From positions 1-44,303 of IMG/VR virus record IMGVR_UViG_3300045988_039959: a stretch of DNA of 44,303 nt; one strand, given 5' to 3'. Below the pieces are notes generated by a model. The model worked only from the letters and a program-made list of their open reading frames with translations. It searched no databases and was not told the DNA's origin. Numbering within the stretch: the first letter of the stretch is position 1; every line of letters starts with the position of its first letter. Of the stretch, positions 24,661 to 33,577 are shown in pieces. This stretch comes from a virus. Made by a program: the position numbers and the translations under genes.

Positions 24661-25400
24661 TGGCTAAGCTTCTGGGCGCAAAAATCGGGGACTACCACAC
24701 CCTGAACGACTGGGGGCTTTATCTCAAGGTGGGCAGTCCCAAGATCGGCGCTGCCGAGGTGGACGAGTACCTTGTACAGGTCACCGGATCGGACACCCTG
24801 CTCAACCTCACCACATGGGACGGTGGCAAGGTGCACTATAAAAAGCGCACCATCACCATGGAGCTGCTCTGCAATGCCCCGAAAAGCAAGTGGCCCAGCA
24901 TCGAAAGCACCATCGCCAACGCCATCCACGGCAAGTGGCTGCGGTGCAAGTTCGACGAGGATCCCACGTGGTACTGGGAAGGGCTGTGGAAGGTCTCGCC
25001 GTCCCGCGACCGGCTTTCCAGCACCTTTACCATCACCGGCACCTGCAACCCCTTCAAGCGCAGCGTCTACGATGGCTCTAACGACTGGCTGTGGGATGAC
25101 TTCAACTTTGAAACGGACATCGTGCGCAACTACACGGACATCCCGCTCAAGGCGGGCGAGGATAAAGAGGTGTCCATCACCGGTGCACCGCGTGCGGCCG
25201 GCATCTACTTCCAACGCAGCGAGACCGCCGCCGACATCGCGGTGTCTCTCAATGGCTTTGAGGTAGGCATCCTTGCAAAGTCTACAGAGTGGCAGTACAT
25301 TGAGGGCTTGCATATGCCGGATGGCGTTGTAGGTACTCTCATCTTTGCGGCGTCTGCGGATTGCAGCATCAGCATCCGATATCTGGGGGGCAGCTTATGA
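24660..25400 (+). CDS. Distal tail protein (Dit, siphovirus tail component)
   Basis: TAATG overlap with the tape measure gene. The N-terminal pattern (...TLNDWGLYL...) is typical of Dit. Confidence 0.7.
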   Translation: MAKLLGAKIGDYHTLNDWGLYLKVGSPKIGAAEVDEYLVQVTGSDTLLNLTTWDGGKVHYKKRTITMELLCNAPKSKWPSIESTIANAIHGKWLRCKFDEDPTWYWEGLWKVSPSRDRLSSTFTITGTCNPFKRSVYDGSNDWLWDDFNFETDIVRNYTDIPLKAGEDKEVSITGAPRAAGIYFQRSETAADIAVSLNGFEVGILAKSTEWQYIEGLHMPDGVVGTLIFAASADCSISIRYLGGSL

Positions 25401-27070
25401 GCTATAAAGTTTATGCGGGCGTCCAGACCGGCGTTGACGTGTGGAAGACAAAGACCTGCATTTACGACCCAACGGACTACACGGACACAAAAAAGCTCAT
25501 CAGTCCAACTTTGACACGGGAGGTGAGCAAGGCCGGTAGCTTGGAATTCACCCTGCCGCTTGGCAATGTGGCCCACTCAGCTTTGCAAAAAATGCGCACG
25601 ACCGTGTCCGTAGAACAAGACGGTGTGCGCATCTGGGAGGGCAGGCCCATGAGCCATGAGCAGGATTTTATGCTGCGTCAAAAAGTCTTTTGCGAGGGAG
25701 AGCTGGCCTACCTCAACGACAGCTCTGTTGCGCCATATACAGCCAAAGACGTGACGATCAAGCAATTTCTTTCGTTTCTGCTGGAAAACCACACCGGCAT
25801 GGTGGACGCATACAAGGCGTTTACCTGTGGAAATGTTGGATTTCCGAGCACCAGCGTGGTGGTGCCAGAGCTGCATAACTGCGTGATGAAACTGGAATAC
25901 ATGGCGGGTACTCCGGATAGTGACGGCGATTACAGGTATGAATATGGACTTTATACCTCGTCCGGCGTACAGCTTGTAAGCCAATATGAAGCCGGCTACT
26001 CGGATGATGACACGGCCCCGGATCCATCCGCGTACAGCTGGACGCTGAATGAAAAGCATGCAGATTCTTCCATAAACGGGTATATCTGGCGCACAGGAAA
26101 CGGCCTGTTTTCCGTGAGCGTAAATGTGGCCCTGCCCTTGGACGGAGATGGCCAGACGCACGAAGCTACGCAAAGAACGGTTACGCCGGATATCACATGC
26201 GCCACGCACTCAAAATCCCTTCCGCCTGAGACGGAATACGATCTCAAAGACACGGTCTCGAAAAATTGGAAAATCGAAAAGAAGGGAGACGGCTATGCCG
26301 TCTTGTTCAACGGTGCAGCCCTGCCGGATTCTTCCGTGGTCCGTTACGATTCTGCGCCACGGTACACCTTTGGCGATGGACGAAATTTTGGCGTTACATG
26401 GGATGTCATCCAAAATGAGCTTGTGGATGTATACGGCGGGTATCTGATCGTCCGGCACGAAAACAGGGCCCGGTATCTGGACTACGTCCAGGAAGTGCAG
26501 GAGAAAAACGGGCAGCCCATCGCATTCGGCACAAACCTGCTCGACCTGAGCAGCTACGTCAAAGCAGAGGATATCGTCACCCGCGTCATTGCCGTCGGAA
26601 AAAAGAAATCCGGTTGGTTTTTGTGGGAGAAAACCAACACCATCACGGCAACCGCTAACGACGCCACCGCGCAAAAGCTGTTTGGCATCATCGCGCGGGT
26701 CATTGTGCAGGACGGAACCGAAAACACAACGCAGTCGCTTCTGGATGCCGCAAACGCGGAGCTGTCCAAAAACTTGCGTTACCTTGACGGAATCACGGTA
26801 AAGGCTGTGGACCTCAAGGATGCCGGCGTGGATATCGCCCGCCTTGGCTTTGGCAAGATGACACACATCTACTCCAACCCGCACGGGGTGAACACCTGGC
26901 TTTTGTGCTCTAAGATTGTGGAGCCTTTGGACGCGCCGGACAAAAAAGAATTCACGCTGGGCATTGATTTCTCCAGCGTCAGCGACTTGCAGGCCCTGAG
27001 CGCACGAAAAGCCAGTGACGCCTATGACCTGAGCCGCTCGCTGAAGGGCTATGCATCCGCAAAGGGGTGA
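25397..27070 (+). CDS. Tail-associated protein (Tal / prophage tail endopeptidase-like N-terminal domain)
   Basis: ATGA overlap with the Dit gene. 557 aa. The N-terminal LEFTLP...V....DG..IWEGR pattern resembles the Prophage_tail family. Confidence 0.65.
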   Translation: MSYKVYAGVQTGVDVWKTKTCIYDPTDYTDTKKLISPTLTREVSKAGSLEFTLPLGNVAHSALQKMRTTVSVEQDGVRIWEGRPMSHEQDFMLRQKVFCEGELAYLNDSSVAPYTAKDVTIKQFLSFLLENHTGMVDAYKAFTCGNVGFPSTSVVVPELHNCVMKLEYMAGTPDSDGDYRYEYGLYTSSGVQLVSQYEAGYSDDDTAPDPSAYSWTLNEKHADSSINGYIWRTGNGLFSVSVNVALPLDGDGQTHEATQRTVTPDITCATHSKSLPPETEYDLKDTVSKNWKIEKKGDGYAVLFNGAALPDSSVVRYDSAPRYTFGDGRNFGVTWDVIQNELVDVYGGYLIVRHENRARYLDYVQEVQEKNGQPIAFGTNLLDLSSYVKAEDIVTRVIAVGKKKSGWFLWEKTNTITATANDATAQKLFGIIARVIVQDGTENTTQSLLDAANAELSKNLRYLDGITVKAVDLKDAGVDIARLGFGKMTHIYSNPHGVNTWLLCSKIVEPLDAPDKKEFTLGIDFSSVSDLQALSARKASDAYDLSRSLKGYASAKG

Positions 27071-27074
27071 TAAA

Positions 27075-28133
27075 TTGGATAAGACATTTGACGAAGCAAT
27101 TTCCGAAGTCCGCAATGCAGAACGCGGTGTGGAAGTACGGGAAGCCCTTGCACAGGGCTTTGAGTATGTGAAGCGGTATGGCGAAGCTGTTATCGCGCGG
27201 CAGGAAGAAGCTGTTCAGAGTGCGGAAACAGCCACAAACGCGGCGGCAACTGCCACAGCACAGGCCGCAGCAACAGCCCAGACAGTCAAGGACGCCACTG
27301 CAAAAGCCATAAGCGCAGCGCAAGAGCAGGCAGATATTTCGGCATCAAAAGCCGAGGAATCTGCTTCCAGCGCCGAAGAAGCAGCGGCCAGTCAAACTGC
27401 TGCCGCGTCTAGTGCATCTGCCGCAAAGGCCAGCGAGGAAGCAGCTGCAAAGAGTGCCGCCGACGCAAAGGCTATCGTGTCCACTGACACGACCCTGACC
27501 GTATCGGGCGCACCGGCTGATGCAAAAGCGACCGGCGACGCCCTGGATCAGAGGTACACCAAGGCCCAGGCCGACGCCAAGTTCGGCACGCCGTATACCC
27601 TGCCGCCCGCCACAGCAGACCAGCTGGGCGGCGTGAAAGTGGGCGACTATCTGGACATCGCCCCGGACGGCACCCTGAGCGGCAAGACGCTGTATGACAC
27701 CATCGCGGCCAGTGTGGCGGTCAAGTCGGAGGCGCGGCTGGTGTGGAGCGAAAAAACAACGATTGGGAGGAGAAAAACTGAGACAATTAACGTTCAGGAC
27801 GGTGTAGATTACGTTAACCTCCGCGTAAACGAAGCTGATTTTAATCTTACCCCTGGTATGACATATGAAGCTCACATTTCTGGCGCGGGAAGTCTCACGG
27901 TCACAGTATTATTTTCGGCCGACAAAAAAAGGCTTGAATGTACCCTTACCAATACGCTGAATACTGTATCGGTTGTATTCACCGGCTACCACTACCCCAC
28001 CTTGGCAGAGCTGCTGACCGAGACGCAGGCCGCGCAGGCGGACACGGACGCCCTGGCGGTAGATCAGGAATACCGCGTCGCCCTGCTGGAGCTGGGACTG
28101 ACCGATGACACCACCACTGACACCACCACATAA
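27075..28133 (+). CDS. Tail fibre / receptor-binding protein 1 (Ala-rich coiled coil plus AT-richer C-terminal module)
   Basis: TTG 27075 after AAAGGGG. Long A/S/E/Q-rich helical segment. Contains the fibre motif TLTVSGAPADAKATGDAL. Confidence 0.65.
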   Translation: MDKTFDEAISEVRNAERGVEVREALAQGFEYVKRYGEAVIARQEEAVQSAETATNAAATATAQAAATAQTVKDATAKAISAAQEQADISASKAEESASSAEEAAASQTAAASSASAAKASEEAAAKSAADAKAIVSTDTTLTVSGAPADAKATGDALDQRYTKAQADAKFGTPYTLPPATADQLGGVKVGDYLDIAPDGTLSGKTLYDTIAASVAVKSEARLVWSEKTTIGRRKTETINVQDGVDYVNLRVNEADFNLTPGMTYEAHISGAGSLTVTVLFSADKKRLECTLTNTLNTVSVVFTGYHYPTLAELLTETQAAQADTDALAVDQEYRVALLELGLTDDTTTDTTT

Positions 28134-28146
28134 TGAGGTAAAAACT

Positions 28147-28305
28147 ATGTTGTATCGTATCTGTAAACGCCTGATCGAGCGCGGACAGACCGCTGGTCTT
28201 GCGGACAAGCTGGACGTGTTCTACGCCATTGGCCGCATCACCGAGGCCGAATATAAGGAGCTGATCGAGCTGCTGGCCCAGCAGGAGGCCGCCCATGGCA
28301 CTTAA
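28147..28305 (+). CDS. XkdX-like small protein
   Basis: 52 aa after the fibre gene. Has a GRITEAEYKELI motif (XkdX-type ..IT.E.Y..I). Confidence 0.5.
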   Translation: MLYRICKRLIERGQTAGLADKLDVFYAIGRITEAEYKELIELLAQQEAAHGT

Positions 28306-28427
28306 TGCCTACTCTTGGACATTGGGGGGTGATCGCAATAAACAACACATTTTTGACCGCACTTTTTAACTTTTTGAGCCGTTTCTTTGCCGCTTTGGCG
28401 GAAGAACAGGTAGAACAGGAGGACACA

Positions 28428-29135
28428 ATGGCATCTGTGACTGAGGTGACCGAGTGGACGGGAGCACCGCCCTACCGCTACATCGACGTAAGCCGGTATC
28501 AGGGCAGCATTACACTGGAGGGCTGGAAGAAGGTCAAGGCCGCTGGCTATCAGGGCGTCATGCTCAAGACCGTCAGCACAAACCGTAGGCTCTCCAAGCG
28601 AGCAGACGGCCTGTACATCGACCCGACCTTTGAAGCAAACTACCGCAACGCAAAGGCGGCAGGTCTGGCGGTGGGCGTGTATTACTACACCTACGCCACC
28701 AGCAAGGCAATGGCCGATGCAGAGCTTTCCCTGCTGGCTGACGCCCTGCGTGGCAAGACGCTGGAAATGCCTGTGGCAGTGGACGTGGAGGACAACAAAT
28801 TCAGGGTTCTTGGCAAGCAGGCGCTGACCGACTTGACAGCCTACGCCCTGAAAAAGGTGGAGGACATGGGCTTTTATGCCCAGCTCTATACCTACACCAG
28901 CTTTGCTAAGACGCGCCTGTATATGGGCGGTGCTGCCCTCAGTCCCTACGACGTCTGGCTGGCCGACTACACAGGAAAGACACCTGCCGTGACCTTTGCC
29001 TACAATGCCCACCAGCACACCAGTAAGGGCAGTGTCCCTGGCATCTCCGGCCACGTTGACCTCAACGTCACTACCCTCAACTACCCCCGTATCATCAGTA
29101 AGAAGGGCCTGACCCGTCTCCGGGAGGGCAAATGA
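28428..29135 (+). CDS. GH25 muramidase endolysin
   Basis: AGGAGG then ATG 28428. The block IDVSRYQG.I....VKAAGYQGVMLK ... GVYYY ... VAVDVE ... HQHTSKGSVPGISG.VDLN is typical of Glyco_hydro_25. Confidence 0.85.
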   Translation: MASVTEVTEWTGAPPYRYIDVSRYQGSITLEGWKKVKAAGYQGVMLKTVSTNRRLSKRADGLYIDPTFEANYRNAKAAGLAVGVYYYTYATSKAMADAELSLLADALRGKTLEMPVAVDVEDNKFRVLGKQALTDLTAYALKKVEDMGFYAQLYTYTSFAKTRLYMGGAALSPYDVWLADYTGKTPAVTFAYNAHQHTSKGSVPGISGHVDLNVTTLNYPRIISKKGLTRLREGK

Positions 29136-29521
29136 CCGAAAAAGAAGCTCTACTGTGGGTGCTGGGCATCTTGGGCAGCCTGTGCGCTGCGGCCATCACC
29201 ATCGACAAGGTGCTGGAAATTATCCACAAGTACATCAAAAAGGCGCAGGAGCCGGACAACGCGCAGAACAAGCGGCTTGACGAGATGGACAAGCGCTTGC
29301 AAACGTTAGAAACGGGCTATGCGCAACATTCTTTGGCGCTTGGGCGCGATTTGTCCCGCTTCGGGGAAATCGACGAAGTAAACCGCCTGACGCTTGAAGC
29401 CGTTCGTGCCCTGCTGGAAGCACAGCTGACCGGAAACAACGTGCCCGCTATGCAGGCCAGCAAGGAAAAAATCGATAATTACCTCATGGAAGGAGTAACG
29501 AAACATGGAAGCAATGCTTAA
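29132..29521 (+). CDS. Membrane-anchored coiled-coil protein of the lysis cassette
   Basis: ATGA overlap with the endolysin gene. One N-terminal TM (LLWVLGILGSLCAAAITI). Confidence 0.5.
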   Translation: MTEKEALLWVLGILGSLCAAAITIDKVLEIIHKYIKKAQEPDNAQNKRLDEMDKRLQTLETGYAQHSLALGRDLSRFGEIDEVNRLTLEAVRALLEAQLTGNNVPAMQASKEKIDNYLMEGVTKHGSNA

Positions 29522-29840
29522 TTTCATCCCCGCACCCGTCGCCCTGGTGCTGATGGCCCTGGGCTTTGTGTCTCTGGCCGTAGGGGCCATTCGCCTGGGC
29601 TATAAGCAGTACGTCAAACAGTGGGCGCTGGAGCTGGTGACCATCGCTGAGGACAGCATCATGGGCAGCGGTCAGGGCGCAAAGAAAAAGGCACAGGTTT
29701 TTGCCGCGCTGCGCGGCGCACTGCCGGACTGGCTGAAGCCTTTCATCACGGATGAAGTGCTGGACAGTGTGATTGAAAAGGCCGTCAGCATGATGAAAAA
29801 GGCGTTGGCAGAAAAGAAGCCTACCATTAACAAGGAGTAA
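29505..29840 (+). CDS. Holin, LL-H-family-like
   Basis: N-terminal TM (PAPVALVLMALGFVSLAVGAI) followed by AE.....G.GAKKKA.V........P pattern, which I recall from LL-H holins. Confidence 0.6.
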   Translation: MEAMLNFIPAPVALVLMALGFVSLAVGAIRLGYKQYVKQWALELVTIAEDSIMGSGQGAKKKAQVFAALRGALPDWLKPFITDEVLDSVIEKAVSMMKKALAEKKPTINKE

Positions 29841-29843
29841 TTT

Positions 29844-31847
29844 ATGATCGAGCTAAGCGTATCTCTCGCATCCAATGGCGTCGTCAAAGTGCCGGGCTAT
29901 GAGCAGCTGTTGCGCTTTGGCTACACCAAAAACCGAGGCGTATACCGCCTTGCCGTCACTGTCACCGGCGAGTGGGAAGGGCTGATCATCCGCGCATTCT
30001 GGCATGTGCCAGGCGGCTCTGATCCGGCATCCTCGCTTGTAGTGGACGGTCTGGTGGCCGTGCCTGCCAGCGTGACCGCACAGCCCGGCACCGGGTGTGT
30101 GACATTTGAGGGCACCGACGGCACCAAGACCGTCACCAGCGCAGACCTGCGGTATCGTGTCAGCGCCAACAGCGGCACGGAGGACGGCACCACGCCGGAA
30201 CCGGGCACTCCTGCATGGCAGCAGCTGGTGGATGCCGTGCACACCGATGCCGCCGCCGCAGAGCAGGCCAAGACCGACGCACAGACTGCGGCGCGGCAGG
30301 CAGGAGCAGCCGCACAAAAGGCCGCTGCCAGCGAGAAAGCTGCCGGTGACGCACAGAAAAAGGCCGCTGAGAGCTTGCAGGAGCTCAAGGACGGCATTGC
30401 GTCCGGGGAATTTAAGGGGGAGCCGGGAGCTACCGGACCGGTCGGCCCTGAAGGGCCACAGGGCGCACAAGGCTTGCCCGGCCCACAAGGTCCCAAAGGT
30501 GACCCCGGAGAGACCGGCCCGCAGGGGCCGCAGGGCGAGAAGGGCGAGACCGGAGCGCAGGGCCCTGCTGGTGCCGACGGCAAGGACGGAGCACCCGGCA
30601 AAGACGCCATCGTGGATGCCACCCTGACCCAGAGCGGGCAGGCCGCTGACGCCAAAGTGACCGGCGATGCGCTGGCGACCAAAGCAGTCATAGACGACAC
30701 CACAGTCGGCACCGACGCCTGGAGCAGCAAGCACATCGTGGATATGCTCTGCCCGCCCATCTCTGAGACCGGCAACCCGGTGCAGTATTACCCGGTGGCG
30801 GGATATCCGCTGGGCTGTAAGGTGAGCTGGGAGCCAACGCAGGAAGGCAGTGGTGACCCATCGCCTGACAATGTTCGCCCAATTAAGGGCAGGGACAGCG
30901 TGACAGCCGAGCGGTGCGGGGAGAATTTGGTAAAATTTCCATACTCTACTTCTACTGCTAATAGGAACGGACTTGTTATCGAGTCACAACAGGATGGTAG
31001 CATAACTGTTAATGGCACAGCAACAGCAGACACATGGTATGCAATTAACAATGGCATTGAAAAAAGACTGCCTATGAACACACCCATGACATTAAGTGGT
31101 TGCCCAGCTGGTGGATCAACGAAAAGCTATTATATTGGCTTATATCTCGGAGGAAAATGGTTTGCTGATACAGGAAATGGCAATACAAACATTAAGTTTA
31201 TAACGCGTGAAATTGTATCACGCGTCGAAGTTAGTATAATCAAAGGAACCGTTTGCAACAACTTAACGTTTTATCCAAAGATTGAAGTCGGAATCACAAT
31301 TACACCATATAGCAAGTACACCGGCCAAACCACAGCCCTCACTCTGCCCTCCACCATCTACGGCGGCACGGTGGATGCAGTGACTGGCGAAGGCCAAAAT
31401 CTATACGATGTCCTAACATTAACCGGAGAAGAAAACTGGAAGAAAGACGATAATTATATCGTATTGAACGGAGCAACCACTAAAATAAATATTCCGTTAA
31501 ATGGCGTATGCAGTCATTTTCTGTATCGCTACAATTATGGTGGCGACAGTCTTTTTGTTGACTCCTTCAATATCTACCTTGGATCGACAATGGCTAAAAA
31601 ATACACACTCGATGAGTGGAAAGCGCTTCTCGCCGCTCAATACGCCGCCAGGACGCCGGTGCAGATTGCATACAAGCTCGCAGAGCCTATCCCTTTTACA
31701 GCTACCGGCGCACAGGCGTTGCCCGCCCTCCCCGGCGTGAACACCCTGCTGACCGACGCGGACAGCGTGACGGTGACCGGCAGGGCAGACCCCATCAAGC
31801 GCATCACTGACCTTGAGGATGCTGTGGCATCAATGACCAACACATAA
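29844..31847 (+). CDS. Collagen-like tail fibre / receptor-binding protein 2
   Basis: 667 aa with 21 G-X-Y triplets. Contains the fibre motif [18 protein letters not shown] and an AT-richer C-terminal half. Confidence 0.7.
   Translation: MIELSVSLASNGVVKVPGYEQLLRFGYTKNRGVYRLAVTVTGEWEGLIIRAFWHVPGGSDPASSLVVDGLVAVPASVTAQPGTGCVTFEGTDGTKTVTSADLRYRVSANSGTEDGTTPEPGTPAWQQLVDAVHTDAAAAEQAKTDAQTAARQAGAAAQKAAASEKAAGDAQKKAAESLQELKDGIASGEFKGEPGATGPVGPEGPQGAQGLPGPQGPKGDPGETGPQGPQGEKGETGAQGPAGADGKDGAPGKDAIVDATLTQSGQAADAKVTGDALATKAVIDDTTVGTDAWSSKHIVDMLCPPISETGNPVQYYPVAGYPLGCKVSWEPTQEGSGDPSPDNVRPIKGRDSVTAERCGENLVKFPYSTSTANRNGLVIESQQDGSITVNGTATADTWYAINNGIEKRLPMNTPMTLSGCPAGGSTKSYYIGLYLGGKWFADTGNGNTNIKFITREIVSRVEVSIIKGTVCNNLTFYPKIEVGITITPYSKYTGQTTALTLPSTIYGGTVDAVTGEGQNLYDVLTLTGEENWKKDDNYIVLNGATTKINIPLNGVCSHFLYRYNYGGDSLFVDSFNIYLGSTMAKKYTLDEWKALLAAQYAARTPVQIAYKLAEPIPFTATGAQALPALPGVNTLLTDADSVTVTGRADPIKRITDLEDAVASMTNT
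30417..30605 (+). repeat. Collagen-like G-X-Y repeat region (21 triplets)
   Basis: [63 protein letters not shown]. Confidence 0.95.
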
Positions 31848-31857
31848 GGAGGTACAC

Positions 31858-32082
31858 ATGGCTATCAAAAGTAAAGCACGGCATGACCTGACCCTGCGCT
31901 CCATCAAGCGGGAAATCGCCGCAGGACGCGATGTTGCGTTCTGGCTGGATAAAGCATACATGCACTACGACAGCGGCCTTTTAACCGAGGACGACATCGC
32001 AGAGGTGGAGGCCCTTGCACGGGCGTACTACGATGCTCTGGACGCGGAGGATAAGGCGGACGCTGAGGAAATCACACTGTAA
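31858..32082 (+). CDS. Small acidic protein following fibre 2 (XkdX-like position)
   Basis: GGAGG upstream. Contains a GLLTEDDIAEVE motif. Confidence 0.5.
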   Translation: MAIKSKARHDLTLRSIKREIAAGRDVAFWLDKAYMHYDSGLLTEDDIAEVEALARAYYDALDAEDKADAEEITL

Positions 32083-32095
32083 GGAGACATAACAC

Positions 32096-32302
32096 ATGAA
32101 CGCAGTAAATGTTGAAGATTTGCTCGATTTGATTGAAGATATGAAACGCGTATCTGCGAATGAAATTATCGCTGCATCAAAAGAGAACAATGAGCTGGAG
32201 CGCATCGCACACATCGCAACGGAAGCAACTTATAATGCCGTTATCGAAAAGTTGGAAAGCCTCCGCGTGTACGCAGTAACCGTTTTGGATAGCAAGGAGT
32301 AA
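32096..32302 (+). CDS. Hypothetical protein (68 aa), AT-richer
   Basis: AAGGAG upstream. Helical acidic sequence. Confidence 0.5.
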   Translation: MNAVNVEDLLDLIEDMKRVSANEIIAASKENNELERIAHIATEATYNAVIEKLESLRVYAVTVLDSKE

Positions 32303-32306
32303 TACC

Positions 32307-32519
32307 ATGAGCAGCACTACATACGACGATTTTGTTGACCTCAACAAAATCGCACAAGAACATTTTCGTGATGTCACAAAAATGGTGACAAAACGTCACC
32401 GTTTCGCCGCGATTGGTAATATGGTGCGCAACGCCGGACAGCTGCCGCAGCCCTTCTGGCTCGGTGCTGCCTGTGGCGGCGGCTCGCATAGTGCTGCCCG
32501 CTGCGCTGCAAGGACTTGA
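32307..32519 (+). CDS. Hypothetical protein; the 3' third looks off-frame (possible 5' part of a frameshifted gene)
   Basis: AAGGAG upstream. The first ~50 aa are coding-like, then GAACGGGSHSAARCAART. Confidence 0.4.
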   Translation: MSSTTYDDFVDLNKIAQEHFRDVTKMVTKRHRFAAIGNMVRNAGQLPQPFWLGAACGGGSHSAARCAART

Positions 32520-32697
32520 CCGACAGCAGATGACCGCCGCCATCAAAAACGCACCGCTTGGGAGGGTAGACCGTAAGATAGCCTTACTGCGGTACGTTGA
32601 GCGGCTCCCGCTGCCGGACATTGCAGCACAGACACATTATAGTCGGACGGCGGTAGGCTACCGGTTGAAAGGCATTGATAAAATGCTTGATGTGTGA
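32413..32697 (+). CDS. Sigma-70 region-4/LuxR-like HTH protein; true start uncertain (GTG 32464 or ATG 32530)
   Basis: C-terminus reads RKIALLRYVERLPLPDIAAQTHYSRTAVGYRLKGIDKML. The first ~17 aa of the ORF look off-frame. Confidence 0.45.
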   Translation: MVIWCATPDSCRSPSGSVLPVAAARIVLPAALQGLDRQQMTAAIKNAPLGRVDRKIALLRYVERLPLPDIAAQTHYSRTAVGYRLKGIDKMLDV

Positions 32698-32751
32698 TAT
32701 ACTAACTTTGACTTATGGATTAGTTTTGAGCTTCTGCTCAGGCAATTCAAA

Positions 32752-32786
32752 AGCGGCAGGCTTTCGGGTCTGCCGCTTTTCTTTTT
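32752..32786 (+). terminator. Intrinsic terminator closing the late operon
   Basis: agcggcag gctttcgggt ctgccgct followed by tttcttttt. Confidence 0.75.
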
Positions 32787-32796
32787 ATACGATTTG

Positions 32797-32805
32797 TGGT
32801 ATAAT
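32797..32805 (+). promoter_or_regulatory. Extended -10 promoter (TGgTATAAT)
   Basis: tgg tataat at 32797..32805, immediately after the terminator. Confidence 0.5.
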
Positions 32806-32811
32806 ATATCC

Positions 32812-33014
32812 AAGGAAACCCGACCGGCCTCTCAACGATGCGCATTAGGCCGGGGCGTCCAAGAGCCAACTCCGTGCTCAACGGAGAATTAAAAAAGCAG
32901 TCGCCAGATTCGGCGCTGAACAGTCTCCCACCCGCCTACTTACAGTGCGTACCATGTGGGAGACGCAGAAAGCCCCCGGTGTTTCGTTTTGAGCATCGGG
33001 GGTTATTTATTTTT
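32812..33014 (+). ncRNA. Candidate ~200-nt structured non-coding RNA or leader (promoter-to-terminator unit)
   Basis: No credible ORF. Stems ccggcct/aggccgg, ctccg/cggag and 9-bp gtctcccac/gtgggagac. Terminal hairpin cccccggtg...catcggggg (32973..33002) followed by ttatttattttt. Confidence 0.45.
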
Positions 33015-33065
33015 CAAGCGTTCATGCGGATTTTTCCGTGTGGGCGCTCTTTTTTTGCTTAAAAT

Positions 33066-33120
33066 AATCAAGCTCTAATCAAGATTTAATCAAGATTTAA
33101 TCAAGCTCTAATCAAGATTT
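33066..33120. repeat. Five tandem 11-bp repeats AATCAAG(CTCT/ATTT), iteron-like
   Basis: Units at 33066, 33077, 33088, 33099 and 33110 in the pattern A-B-B-A-B, with exact helical-turn periodicity. Confidence 0.9.
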
Positions 33121-33196
33121 TTGTCCTTCGTTGGTCGCTCGTTGCCTCTCCCGCCGGGCGGCTCTGCTACACTGGGCGCAAAGGAGGCAAGCGCCA

Positions 33197-33574
33197 ATGT
33201 GGATCAAGTTCAGCCCCAACCCCCACGGGGGCAGCGTCGGAGACTGTGCTGTGCGTGCGGTAGCTGCGGCCACTGGGCAGAGCTGGGAGCAGGCCTACAT
33301 TGGATTGGCGCTGACCGGCTTTGCTCTCGGCGATATGCCCAGCGCCAACCGCACATGGGGCGCGTACCTCCAGAAGCACGGATTCAAGCGTCGCCTTGTC
33401 GAGGCGGACTGCACCACCTGTTACACGGTGGCAGATTTTGCCCGGGAGTACCCGAACGGCGTGTATGTACTGGGCTGCTCCGGCCACGTTCTGGCTGTGG
33501 TCAACGGCGACTGGCTGGACAGCTGGGACAGCGGCGCAGAATGCCCGATTTACTACTGGTATAAGGAGGAGTAA
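33197..33574 (+). CDS. Papain-fold (C39-like) cysteine peptidase domain protein
   Basis: AAGGAGG then ATG 33197. Has GSVGDCAVRAVAAATG (Cys motif), then SGHVLAVVNGDWLDSWDSG (His plus Asp/Asn) about 80 aa later. Confidence 0.5.
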   Translation: MWIKFSPNPHGGSVGDCAVRAVAAATGQSWEQAYIGLALTGFALGDMPSANRTWGAYLQKHGFKRRLVEADCTTCYTVADFAREYPNGVYVLGCSGHVLAVVNGDWLDSWDSGAECPIYYWYKEE

Positions 33575-33577
33575 GCA

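Noticed and set aside
27480-30700. Diversity-generating retroelement: the similar ADAK..TGDAL segments in both fibre genes as possible template/variable repeats.
   Set aside because: The similarity is at protein-motif level with many non-adenine differences. No reverse transcriptase or Avd-like gene is present in the genome.
32838-33062. 74-aa ORF in the region called candidate ncRNA.
   Set aside because: It has no RBS and an Arg/Pro/Cys-rich composition. It spans a strong terminator hairpin and is more plausibly non-coding.
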